Of a DNA stretch of 64,000 bases, positions 1-12,556 are shown one piece after another (position 1 is the first letter of the stretch; each line of letters starts with the position of its first letter). The notes below the pieces were generated by a model, which worked only from the letters and a program-made list of their open reading frames with translations, had not been told where the DNA came from and did no database searches. The position numbers were made by a program, and so were the translations under genes. This DNA comes from the human T2T-CHM13v2.0 reference genome, Homo sapiens: the NCBI RefSeq assembly GCF_009914755.1, contig NC_060931.1, one strand, 5' to 3'.

Positions 1-3000
1 AAAAGAAAGGAACAAGGCTGAGAATCATTCAAAGATTAAATGGGGTCGGCTCCCGTTGCTTGCGAAGACGGATGAGGAGGGAGAGAGTTGAGGGGGTTGG
101 GGGGGACCCTCTTTTATCTAACCTTGTGATTCACAGCTTCTCAGAAATTTACATAATACAAGGGTGTAGATGTAAACCTTAAGGACAAAAATAATAATTC
201 AACAGCACATATTTCATTTTCGCACCATGGGCCTGGATATGTTCCCGGTGTTGGCACAATAGCTGATTTCCAGAGCTTTTTACTCACGGCAGAGAATATC
301 TGAACTCTCATACCACTGTTGAAATGAGAGGAAAGGAAGGAGAAAAAAGGGAGAGAAAGAGAAATTGACTTTAATAATGTTGATTTAGATTTCTGAATAA
401 TGGTGAAGGATTTTTTTAAAAAACTTAAGAGCATATGTTGTGTACAAAAGGTGCAGGCATAGTAATAATTGGGGTCCTTCACTCTCCAAAGTATCTATTT
501 CCTTTTTATTTGATTGGCATGAGCTTTTCATTTTAAAAGCAAAGTCATTGCCCTTTAATAGGAAATTCCAATTTATTATTTCCTTAAATAAGTGAAGGTC
601 ACAATGTCTACTGAAAGAGAGACCCTGCTGTCAACTCAACTCCTACTTGCCAACTCAAATAGAGGACTGAGAAGTAAAATACAGCAGCAGCAAAATACAT
701 GTGATTGCTGTAGTTGCTTTTTGAATCCCCCAACCCCTCCTTCCCACATTTGAACTCTTCTAGATGCCACCAGTAATTCAAATTTTGGAGCTCTATTTGC
801 AGTCCCCCCTTCCCCCCCTCCCCCGACCTCCCCTTGGGACACAGGGCAAAAGGAAAGTCAGGGGCAGGGATGGTAGGATCCCAGCATCCCCTTACTTTAG
901 TTAAGAGGGGCAGAGGCTCAGGTGCCCTTTGGTCTTTCTCGCTGCGCCTCCTCCAAGTGAGCCTGACTCCCATAGTCACTTGGAAAGGTAAATGGCACCA
1001 CAGTGGGTGTGCAATTGAGCCCTTCACTCTTATTGTTTCAGTGTGGGAGTAGTGGTGGCTGGAAGTCAGAAATGGGAAAGAGGTTTCTTCTCCCTTCTTT
1101 GCCTTCTGAATTTTAGTTTTCTGGGGCTCCCATTTCTCTGCAAAATACACACCCAAAGTTGGCCATATTCTCTAACATTTCATCTAATCCATCAGTAGTT
1201 TGCAGTTATTTTAAAGAAATTTATAAAGATTTTAATTTAAAACATATAGATGGGAACTTAAGATGAGAAAATGTGAACTTTTTTTTCAAAAAGTATGCTA
1301 TCTATTCTGCCCCCACCTCATCACTAATAATGCAGCCCTGATCAAGGGTAAAATATAAACCTCTTTATTCACCCTGTTCCTCAGTATCCTTTTAAAGCTG
1401 GATTCTTCAATTATCTGTTGAAATTGTACACAACTGGTCTTCCTTTCTGAGAAAGGTCTTCATAAATATGCAGAAGGCCAATTTGTCGCGGACATTTTGA
1501 GCACTAGAATAAATGTTGCTAGTTTCTGGTGCTGTCTTGGCCTTCCAGCCCAAGTACCCCAACTTGAGGAAGGCCACACAACTAGTGAACTCCTTGTTGA
1601 GTAGTGGATAGTGGTTGTTCCCCTTTGTTTTTTCTGTAAAATGGGATTAAATAAAAGCCCTCTTCATTCAGAGGAGACATTGACATTGAAAAGAAATTTT
1701 AAAATAAAACCACTTTACATATGAAAGGCTATCACCTTATTAAAAAGTTAGCTATACATTTTTCCAAAATATTATTCAGACAATTGGATTTAAAAACAGT
1801 TCCTCTGCTCAATGATAGATTTCAGGTTAATCACATGGAAATGTTAAAATATACACAGGAATCATATTTGCTATGTATTTTTCACAACCTCAAGTACTTT
1901 CCTTGTGCCTAGACATCTGCTCTCCCATATTCAGTACTGTGTTCCTGGGGGAACAGTTTCTTCTGTAGATTCAGGAGAATCTACAGAAGAAACCTTAGCA
2001 AAAACTTTTCAAACAAAATCCCAATTTGATTAAAGCAGATTTCATTTCTTAAGAAGTGGTTATGCATTTGTAAAATTAATCAACTTTCTATAGACTATTC
2101 TAATTTTATGAAAGAACACACCTAGTAATCACATGAAGTAACAAAAGAAATGAGTTTAAGTAAATGACAATGAATACACTTCTTCAATACAGCAACTTTG
2201 AAGTTGTTTTAAAAAATTATTACCCGGTTGTCCAGCGGGCAGGACCTAAAAAAAACCCTACTCTCCCATGATCTGCCCGCTCAGTTGGTCTTTCCATGTT
2301 ACACTTTCCACTTTTTGAGATTCAGTCCTGTTAGATTGTGACATTTTACCATGAAACTTTCTTTACTGAAACATTTTCTACCTCCCTACCAAAATATCCT
2401 TCCGAAGTTACAACTGGTTTTGGTTCCTTGGCATATTAAGGAAATGCCCTACAGAATAAACTTTAGCATTTCTTCAGCATTTAATCAAGTCTCCTTTTTT
2501 TCAGTCTCACCCAAAAGAGATGTTATTTGTAGAGAGAGAAGAGAGACGTCGTGCTAAAGGGGAAATCATTGATTTAGAGTAGAAAAGAATTTGACACACT
2601 ACTTTAAATTTTTGCACAGGGAAATATTGATGTCATCTATGTGTAGGGGCTCCATAAACAACCCTAGGCCAGGGCTATGGGAAGAGTAACTGCTTTGTCT
2701 GATGGTTCTTGAAACCAACTCTTCACTTCCTCTTAATATGAGAATCATTGATCTTAGGGAGAATCAACGGAGACGGAGATTGGGGACAAGTCTAGAATAC
2801 GTTTATTTAAAAATAAGCACACAAATACAACTATCCTCACTGCAAAATTGCAAAGTACAGGGAGATAAAAGACGTCATCGTATTGAGTCACTGGGTCTAG
2901 GACTCAGAAGCTGCCGCTGGCTACTTTAAAAAAATGACTGGGGGGAGACCACCAGTCGGGTTAAACAAGTGGCTCCAGTCCCAGCTTAATGCCAGGCACG

Positions 3001-3059
3001 GTCTCTTCCCCTTTCCAGAGTGCTCAGTTTCTACCTCCCCAAGGCCACAGAGTGCTAGA

Positions 3060-3239
3060 CCCCCAGACCGCCAGGGCGCGCGTCTCCCATGCCACCGACG
3101 TGCTGGGTTGTGACCCTGGGGCGCACCCTTGCCCCACCCTGTGCCGCCGCGTTGCTCAAGTGTTCCTGGGAGCCTAGAAGTACTGCAGTCCAGCAACTCC
3201 GGGCAGGAGTCGGTGCTGGCAGTCGCCCTAAGCGCTTGT

Positions 3240-3310
<71 letters not shown>

Positions 3311-3430
3311 GTGCTTGGTTTCCGCAGCTGGGGCCACCTTGAAGGGTGTGGACCCCTCTGCCTTTCTCTCTCTGTTCCGCTTGCAGTTTGCAAGTGTATC
3401 CTTCCGTTGCATCCCTGAATTGGGACGCAG
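3060..3430. promoter_or_regulatory. Small CpG-rich patch surrounding a (CT)n tract
   Basis: Multiple CpGs at 3068-3235 and 3310-3440. Confidence 0.5.
3241..3310. repeat. (CT)n/(GA)n microsatellite, 70 bp, one interruption
   Basis: Directly visible. Confidence 0.98.
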
Positions 3431-3984
3431 GACATCGTTCTAGGCTCCCATAAGCCTTGGAAAATATTAATGAACACCATTTGCACCTGAAATTCCCTTG
3501 AACTCAACGCACTGACCACAACAGCCGAGGCCTGAGATTCCTCGCTTGTGATCTGGCACCTCCTGGATCATCCCCGTCCCATTTCAGAGCCCTTGACCAA
3601 CATAATCTGCAAGTGGACTCAATAACACATCTCCAGCTACCTCCCTTCCCAACCGCAGCCACAGGGGCTGCTGTTAGCGATGCTGGCCCTTTCTGAGACC
3701 AGAGTTCCCTTGCCCCTCCCCGTCTCCTCCTCTCCTCCCATCGGGCTGGCCATATATATAACCGGAGAACTGGACAATTCTAGCAAGTTCACAGACACGC
3801 CAGGGGCTAGGCTGAAGATCCTCAGAGCTGCGTGTGATCCAAAAGGACCCTGTGCCAACCTCAGAGAGAATGGCCGGTGAGACTGGTGGTGCATGTTGGC
3901 AGAGGCCAGCCTCCCACTATTTCTTTCGAATCCATTCATACATTAAGAAACAGTTAATAATGTCCACCACTTATGACGTCTCTA

Positions 3985-4118
3985 ATCTTTCCAGCAACCT
4001 TCCTTATGAAGTGCCCATTTTACAGAGGGGTTAAGTAACTTGTCCAAGTCCTCAGGGCTCAGACTTGGGGAAGGGATGTGGCTACTAGTATCCAAACCCA
4101 GACTTTCTGACTCCAAGC
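3985..4118 (-). mobile_element. MIR fragment
   Basis: cccattttacaga...gttaagtaacttgtccaag...aaacccagactttctgactccaa matches the MIR core. Confidence 0.7.
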
Positions 4119-4439
4119 TTGGGGCTCTGCGGTTGTCCAAGCTGCTGTCAGGTACACCCAAATCTGGGTAGTAAAATCGGAGGTCTTCTTCACTTGGGAA
4201 ACATACCGAATTCTTCCCTCACCTCCTCATCTCTCAGTGGCACATGCTCGCACTCCGGTGACTACTCCCTGAAAGCCAATGAGCGGTTGACCCTCTGGTG
4301 ACATCTGGAACCCAGGTTCAGAGTTTCGCTCTCGCCTCTACTCCCTTAATATTTTACTCAATGTCACAGAGGAGAACAGCTTAAGGCAGCCCTGCTCCCC
4401 ATCTTCAATCCGAAGCTGGGGTATCCCAGAGAAAGTCTC

Positions 4440-5345
4440 GCTCTGAGCTCCTGCTGGGGCACCTGCCCAGCCATGCGCCTCGAGGGCGTCGCTGCTCTCA
4501 ACCCCTCTCCGCTACTGCCCGGCCGCCCAGGCCTGTGGACGCGACTCCATCTGTAGCAAAGTTCGGGGGCCAAATGGGTCGCGGCTCTTCCTCGAAGGTT
4601 ACTGCGAGCGGGACTTGAAGGGAAAAGGAGGCGCATTAGCGACTTCGTTTCCTTGCATAGTACTGGTACAGAGTACCGGTGATGGTCGTAGGGGAACTCT
4701 ATGTAAAGACTGGATGACCACCGGCCTCCCGGAAACCCCACACGCCAGGCCTCCAACTTCTTCACAAAAGTGGGGTGGGTGGCGGAGGGCTGTGGCGGGG
4801 GCTTGGAGCTGCTGAGAGCCGAGAGGCGCAGAGCGCAAGCTGGCAGGCTGGGCTGCTATCCCGGCGCGCAGATGCCCCGCCGCCAGTCGAGCGCGAACAT
4901 CTCTCCGGAACATCGATCTATCACCTCCCTTTAAGGACCCGGACCGGGAAATTTCCATTTTCTGTTTTGGGAATAAGAAATAAAAGCGACCAAGCTCTTG
5001 CCCTAATTTCCCCCCGCGGGCCCTTCCACGCGGGCTGGCGGGATCAGAAGGACGGGTCCGAGCTCGGGGGCGCGGGGTTCCTGTGAACTCCGGGCTTGCT
5101 CGGTCCGGTCCCCGCGCCTGCTGTCCCCAGGCCCTCTCGGGAGGCAGACCGCGGCAGCGCAAAGGGGCTTCGAGGATCTCTGAGCAACGACGGCTGAGTG
5201 ACCTCTTTCCCTCTCAAGCACACCTTCAAGGAGCCGGTGGACCCTCTCACCGCCGGTAGCTGCAGGCTGAGGGCGGCGCCAGGCCAGGCTGGACTGTGAC
5301 CCTGGGTGGCGGGGTGGCAGCACATAGACGCTTTGACTGGGCGTT
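4440..5345. promoter_or_regulatory. CpG island downstream of the CADPS2 3' end
   Basis: Abrupt high GC and dense CpG (cgcg, ccgg, gcgc) over ~900 bp in an AT-rich window; CCAAT box at ~4276. Confidence 0.88.
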
Positions 5346-6434
5346 TATTGCAAAAGAAGCGGGAACTCCCTTCTCCTGAGAGAGGGACAATGAGCAAGGA
5401 CTAAAGAGAATTCAAGTGGAAAAATCAGTGAATACAAGAAAGACCCACTGCTGGAGCCAAGAGGTTTACATTAAGCTCTGCATGGTTCTTTCCTTTTCCA
5501 GGAATAGGCATTATTATTATTTTTTTCTTCAAGTGTTTGAAAAAATTTTCCTTCTTGACGTATTACTTAACAAACCCATTCCGGTTGGATGTTAGATGGT
5601 ATTAATTATCTCCTGCAACACTAAGGAAACTGTCCAAATAATGTACCTGTTTGCCCTTCCCCCAAATCATTTAGACGGGTATAGCTATTTCTTTTTAGAC
5701 AAAATTGTTTCACTTAAAAAATTCTGCAAGAGTTGTTAGGCCTTTGACTAAATCCATTTTCTTAAAAAATAATCCTTAAAAAGAGTTAATACCACATAAG
5801 ATGTGGCATCCTTTAATAGACAGATGCTTGGGTGTTCATCCTAATAGTTATACCCATCAATGAACAATTATTAAGTCATTTCAAGCACTTTGCAATTAGT
5901 TCAATTTGAAGTTAGTTTGGAGGAAAAACTTAAAAATCACTTTTCATTATTTTTCAGTTACTTTATGAATTTTTTCATACATCTTTTTTATGGATCAAAG
6001 GTTGGTCTCCGATTTTCTCATAAGGATGCAAGTAGCTCCACTACCTGCCTGACTGCTATTGCCTTTGCTTTGGAAGCCACTGTGGGTGAAGAGTAGGGAA
6101 CAAGCTTTTAGGACTCTCCTGGGTGTAGAAGGGAAGTAGCAGAGAACATAAAAATCTGGAAAGAACCTCAAAGGGGCTGACCAGCCAAGGAGGCCAATGG
6201 GCAGGTTAAACAGGCCAGGTCAGCAGCAAGAACCTCCAGGCCGCAAATACTTTCCCCTGCAGCATCTGCTTTTCTTCTTTATTTCTGAATTCTGTCAGCT
6301 GTCATTTCTTAGAGTAAATAAACTTTTCTTTAACAAAGGCCGACTTTTAATACATTTGAGGTCATCAGTTAGTTACACTTCAGGACAAAAGGGATGCATT
6401 ATTTGGAGATGATCTGTATCAAGGAAATGGACAT

Positions 6435-6440
6435 TTTATT
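6435..6440 (-). terminator. Distal poly(A) signal AATAAA
   Basis: tttatt on plus; a further hexamer lies at 6278-6283. Confidence 0.55.
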
Positions 6441-7404
6441 GAAAGGAAAAGAAGGGTGGGTAATTACTAAGTACAGAGCAATGTGTCGTGGAACAGCAAG
6501 CTTGGGGATGGTGCCATTGGAGAGTTTGGGATAGCATGACTGGACATTTGAGGGTTTGGAGAAAATAGTATTTGGTGTGTGAATAGAGAAGAAAAGGAGG
6601 GAGAACATTCCCAAACTGCCTTTCAAAGATAGTGAGTTGGTAGAGTTAGTCTTTAATCCCGGAAGAAGGAAGAAATTTCCTTGTTTGTTATCTTAGCCCT
6701 AGGGCCCAGAAAATGAGCCAAAACAATGCTAAATAGTAACTGTAGATTAAATAGATTTTTAAGGCTAGTCTAGGTACCTAACGACCACTTATTACACCAT
6801 GGGAGAACGAATCTGGAGGTCCAAGTTGTTTCATTTCTAAAGTTTCAGAATAAACGTTTTCATAAATGCAGGGATACCTCCACTTATTCTGCATTAACTG
6901 CCTTCATTTAAAAATTACTTATTAATAAATGCAGTAGCACAATCTGCCAATATGTTTTGGGAAATATCACAAAAATAATTCATAGAGAACTTACGCAACA
7001 TAATACAATTATCTCTCAAACCCTAGCAAGAAAATATTTTGAGAGAACCACTAATAATGTGAATTACTAGTTAATATTACTAACATTACTAATTATTAGT
7101 TAACATTGATTACTAATATTAACTAATAATATATGAAATATATATTTCCTCTGCTATGGAAATATGCTGTCATAGTAATTCTTTTAACAATGTATGTGCC
7201 TATTAGGTACAAAGAACAGTCAGTGTTACTATCTTTTACTCATTTGATTAAAAACAAAATATTACAAACAAAACAAACAAAAAACTCAAGAAACAAAAAC
7301 ACAGAGTCAGATAGTTGGGATGTTTGAAACACTGCAAACCTCTTTTACTGCATTTGCTCTATATAAGTCTAATAAATACAGAAGTAGTTATGAGCAAATA
7401 GATT

Positions 7405-7410
7405 TTTATT
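7405..7410 (-). terminator. Middle poly(A) signal AATAAA
   Basis: tttatt on plus; U-rich downstream sequence on minus (TGTATTTATT, then TTTGTTT tracts). Confidence 0.55.
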
Positions 7411-8045
7411 GCCTGCAAGCTGTTATACTGGAGCAGGAGAATATGGTATCTTGACGGAAGCACACTTGCTACCCCACACCTGGGGATTACTTATAGTTGA
7501 AAGAAGAAATGTTGAGAATGGAACAAAGACACAAACCCATTGGATAATCTAGTCTATATTTGGGTTTGGCAATCCTTTCATCCCAGGAATATACCTGTAG
7601 ACCAATTCAAAGTACTAAGAACCAAGATTAAAGATTTTATACACATCACAATAATAGCAAATTAAGTACAAAACGAACCTGGCACATAAATTATAATTTG
7701 TAAGGTACACACCATTTTAACAAGGATACGACAGTGTTGGTGCAGTGGTCCGAACTGACTTCTCACAATGCTGCATTATGAGAAATATGTATCTCGCTTT
7801 ACACAGAAAACATCATTTTGATGTGATTACAGAAAAATGCTCAAATCTTCTTTAAAAAAAAAAGTTCATGTTCTGATCACAAGCAGAGCCAAGGTTCATT
7901 TTTAGGTCAAACTACACAAAAGAGGATGCTCTTCTCCAAAAAAACAAACAAACAAACAAAAAAAGGAAACAAAAAAACCCCAAAATCTTGGCATTTCCCC
8001 TTTTACTCTACATTCAGGCTTACTTTTTAAAGAAATACAAGCATT

Positions 8046-8051
8046 TTTATT
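8046..8051 (-). terminator. Proximal poly(A) signal AATAAA
   Basis: tttatt on plus, about 100 nt after the stop; a U/GU-rich tract follows on minus (~7938-7985). Confidence 0.55.
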
Positions 8052-8151
8052 TGGCCAAAACAAACAATGAATGTAATTACAAGGACAAGGTTAAAAAAAT
8101 AAAAAACAATGTCGATCAAGGTCTTCCTTCCTTCTGCAAAGCTGTGTGATA

Positions 8152-8325
8152 TCAGCCTTCTTCTTCTTCGTCACTGTCTTTCATAGTAATGCCCTGAAGT
8201 CCTCCTCCTTCTGAAACAGAGGCTGTGGCCTCCTCTACTGTTAAACGTCTGTGCACAGTATCATAAGTCTTACTGTTCAGTGTTCCTTCCAACACACCCT
8301 GCAATCGAAAGTCCCTGTAGGTTTT
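8152..8325 (-). CDS. CADPS2: CADPS2 terminal coding exon ([57 protein letters not shown])
   Basis: Manual minus-strand translation gives the CAPS-family acidic C-terminus. Acceptor ttttctcttctttcttcag has AG at 8326-8327; TGA at 8152-8154; 174 nt. Confidence 0.97.
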   Translation of the reverse strand, partial: KTYRDFRLQGVLEGTLNSKTYDTVHRRLTVEEATASVSEGGGLQGITMKDSDEEEEG

Positions 8326-9137
8326 CTGAAGAAAGAAGAGAAAATTTGCTTAGCTCACTTAGATTATATGTGTGTACATAGATATATACTCAGTTGGCAT
8401 TTCAAAAATGATCTTGGGGAATCCACTGATAGGTTCATGTGGCTGTCCATGCCAATCATCTTCTTGGTGTATTTCTGGGGAGTAAATGGAATGACAGACT
8501 CTGGCTATTGCTTCAAACTACAATTACTATGACTACATCAAAATGTTGTTACTATCAGATGACAAATTCACTTTCCCCTCAGAACATTACTAATTGCACA
8601 CAATTTACCTTTTGAACAACCTGTAGCAAAAATAAAATATGTACCTGTGTAAGTTTTTAATAAGAAATTATTAGTTTTTTTAATTGAGGGGGCTTTCCTT
8701 TAATACTGAAAAATACATTATATTTTATAAAATGCATTAATTTTGAGGGGTCAGTTGTGTGGAGGAAGAAGATTAATCCTATTATCGGTAAAAGAAGTTC
8801 ACATTTTCAGCATTTCAGTGAATTATAAAATTTATTTACATGTACCACTGGGTAAAAATTTGTGTACATCTAAATGTCTGGATGAATTTTGCCCTTTTCT
8901 TTTGAAATTCCCTTGGGATGTGAAGTGCCAAATTCTGACATAAAGCTTCCATAGATGGGACAGCAAAACAAGTATTTACATTTTTTCTTAAAAGAATACA
9001 TTAAAATTTGCTGTATTATGTATCAAAAGTAGAGTACCATGTTATTGTTTGTACAATGATTTTCAAGACAACAAAATCCAACAATATTTTTCTGTGGCAC
9101 TTAAAATATTAATCTATAATGTTTCCCTTATGTTTAC

Positions 9138-9785
<648 letters not shown>

Positions 9786-11442
9786 TAATCTTCTTCACAT
9801 ATAATTTTCTGCAGCTAAACATGACTGGTATTTTATTACTACTGATTTTTAAAGTAGGAGAAAAAGTTCAGTTAGTTAAATGGGGAAACAACAAATGAAG
9901 ATATTTCATTTTGTGGGATATGATTTTGTCATAATAAGCTCATTCTAAGTCATAAGTTATTATGACTAAGGTAGTACTCTCTTACACCAAAACTCACTGT
10001 AATTTGCATCAGAACCAGTGAGATAAATTCTGAAAGGTATGTTTTGTCTAGATAATCTGGAAACTGATAAACATGGCATTATTACCACAAAGATTTGTGT
10101 TTATTCCTATAACTCTCTTGTAATTAAACATGTCAAACATAAAGTATTCACCTACAGATGATGCATCTAATGTAAAGTATTATTGTTCCACTAACAATTA
10201 TATACTGAGTTTTTGAGTTCAACTTTCTTATTTTATTGGAATGACTTTCCTTTGACTTAGCTTAATTACCAGTAAGTTGGCCAGAGCAGATTTGAATTGT
10301 GGATCTGCAGTCCTGAAGGCTTTCTAATTTATATATAATTAAGACCGCTTTCTTATTCAATTAGCAAGCAATAACCAGTTGGGTGAGGTACTAGGCAGCT
10401 AGCCTTGCAATCTCTTTCTCTGTCTTTAGAATTCATAAAATGTTATTGACACTTGGATGTTCCCTGTGGCTTCCACAAAGGTTTGGTTGGCCCTTGCTTA
10501 AGACAAGTGCCTGCCACAGAGTTCTGTTCACTTTTTCTCTCCTAGCAAAAGAAGCAGGTGATTTATGTTAACTGCATTTAATGTCATGTGGCCACTATGG
10601 AGAACACAAACACAACCATTTTGACTATTTGAGGGTTTCACTTTTCCCCTCCCCCAAAAAATCATTCTAAGGTAAAAACTTTGCAAATAATTTCAGTCTT
10701 TAATTTTTTGTGTAACCCTTTCTGGGATTTGTTTTTTTCTTAATGTGCAACATGAATGAACCAATTGGTGTATAAGTGTCTTTGTTTAGGGTAAAGTTGG
10801 CTATTACATAAATTTTGATGGCATCTAGGTCTCCATGGGCATAGAAGAATGGCAATCCCTGTGAGTAGTAAGGACAAGACTACTAAAGGCAAGTAGTTTG
10901 GGTCCTGGGTAGAATACACTACTCTGCTGAACCATGCAGGCCAAGTCTAAGTGACCTGGATGGAAGGAAAGTCTGGTTATGGGCCTTCACAATTCTCTAC
11001 ATGTGTTATTCAACAGCTTCTTAAATTCACTGGGAAATGATCATTATAAGCAAAACCATGTAAGTTCTGAAGAATAATGAATCTATGTATGAAATTGGCT
11101 AAAAGTCTGTTTATATTCAAAGTAGAAAAAACAATTAGAACATCAAATTATTAATTCACTTTGAGTTTTATTGTGAAAATAATTATTTCTAATTATTAAA
11201 TAGAGCCCTATGACTTGATTAAATGTATCAGCCCAAGAACACATTGGCTAAGCCTGGAGACTTGCCTGTGAAAAGTAAAACATGGAAAATCAACATATTC
11301 ATGAAAATTAATTTCATATTTATTGGTCAAATATTGATCATTAGGAAGAATATATTAAAGAAGATATACTGACTTACAGTAAAATGGAAATGTCACTATA
11401 TAATTAATAAAATTATTGTTCTTTTATGCTAAAATATTCACT

Positions 11443-11560
11443 AGTGAGAATACTTAAGATCTACTCTCTTAGCAAATTTCAAGTATACATTAATAAGTCA
11501 CACTGTATATCTTGAGTATATAAAAATTTTTACTTTTAAATTATACCTCAATAAAATGAA
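11443..11560. mobile_element. Short 5'-inverted L1MA-type 3' end insertion
   Basis: Antisense piece gagaatacttaagatctactctcttagcaaatttcaagtatac, then sense end ttatacctcaataaa; flanked by aaaatattcact / aaaatttcact. Confidence 0.6.
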
Positions 11561-12355
11561 AAAATTTCACTCTTGCTTAATCTTTAACTATAAAGATGTG
11601 TGGAAATGAGGAATAACTTTGAAAGAAACAAATCATGGGCTAATGTGGAGATTGTTATTCTCAAAACAAAGAGCTTAATAATCTATCAGCTAACACCAGG
11701 AGGCTGAATATGTAACTTCTGAAATCTTGAACACAGTAGGCATTAGATTGAAAATATGGTTTATCATAAGGATAAACAGCTAATTGTAATATTAATCACT
11801 GCATAAAGTACAACTGTTATGTGTATATATATGCATATTATATACATATGTATATTTTATATATATATATATATATATGGCAAATACATTATCCTGACTC
11901 TCTTTTCTGAAGAACAAACTTCATTTGAAAGCTCTTCAAGTCACATTTATAGAAACAAGAAACAATGGAGAACTAAGCCAATTATGAACCTATCATATTG
12001 TCCTTTCAGTTTCTTTGTAAAATAAATAACACCATATAAGAAGTGTTCTGGATCAAAATTATTTTCTCCATTGACATGTAATGTGTAGCTATAGTATTAA
12101 AATTTTGTGAGTGGCTATAATTTTACTTGTTATTTATGAGTAATCATAATTGCTATTATTGTGGCATTTTAGGTCTGGTTCTACTTTCCAGTAGATTTGC
12201 CAATTTCTGACTTTGGAACAGAACTTTCCTATTTGTGGGCCTAACAAGATTAACAAGCAGGCATAAAAATAATTTGTATTCTAATTAGACTGTAGGAACC
12301 AAAGGAATAAAGAAAATATTTTAATGTGGCTAGAAACATCTTTTAATGATGTAAC

Positions 12356-12556
12356 ACAGTGGGTCTTTGAAAACTTTAGCATGTTTTCATGTATTAGAAC
12401 CATCTGGAGGACTTGTTAATCTATAGATTACTGGGTTCCACCCTCGGAATTTCTGATTCAGTAGGTCTGGGGTGGGGCCCAAGAATTTGTGGTTCTAACA
12501 AGTTCCCAGGTGATGATGACAGTGGTAGGTGAGGAATGACACTTTGCAAACTACTG
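12356..12556. mobile_element. MER5A (hAT-Charlie) DNA transposon
   Basis: ttctgattcagtaggtctggggtggggcccaagaatttg...ttctaacaagttcccaggtgatg signature. Confidence 0.85.

Larger units (their letters stand above)
6410..8151 (-). other. CADPS2: CADPS2 3' UTR (longest form; distal end approximate)
   Basis: Follows the stop codon with no recognisable TE. Distal end inferred from the minus-strand AATAAA at 6435-6440. Confidence 0.7.

Noticed and set aside
282-287. Minus-strand GTGAGT donor hinting at a CADPS2-to-FEZF1 read-through exon
   Set aside because: A single hexamer is expected by chance, and no convincing paired acceptor was identified.
608-1156. 182-aa minus-strand ORF
   Set aside because: No recognisable homology or splice context; likely a chance ORF.
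2921-3519. ORFs with (ER)n or (SL)n runs
   Set aside because: These are translations of the (CT)n microsatellite.
4364-5397. Overlapping ORFs up to 187 aa in the CpG island
   Set aside because: Stop-codon depletion in GC-rich DNA, several non-ATG starts, Arg/Gly/Pro/Ala bias and no recognisable domain. Ribo-seq or PhyloCSF would be needed to rescue any of them.
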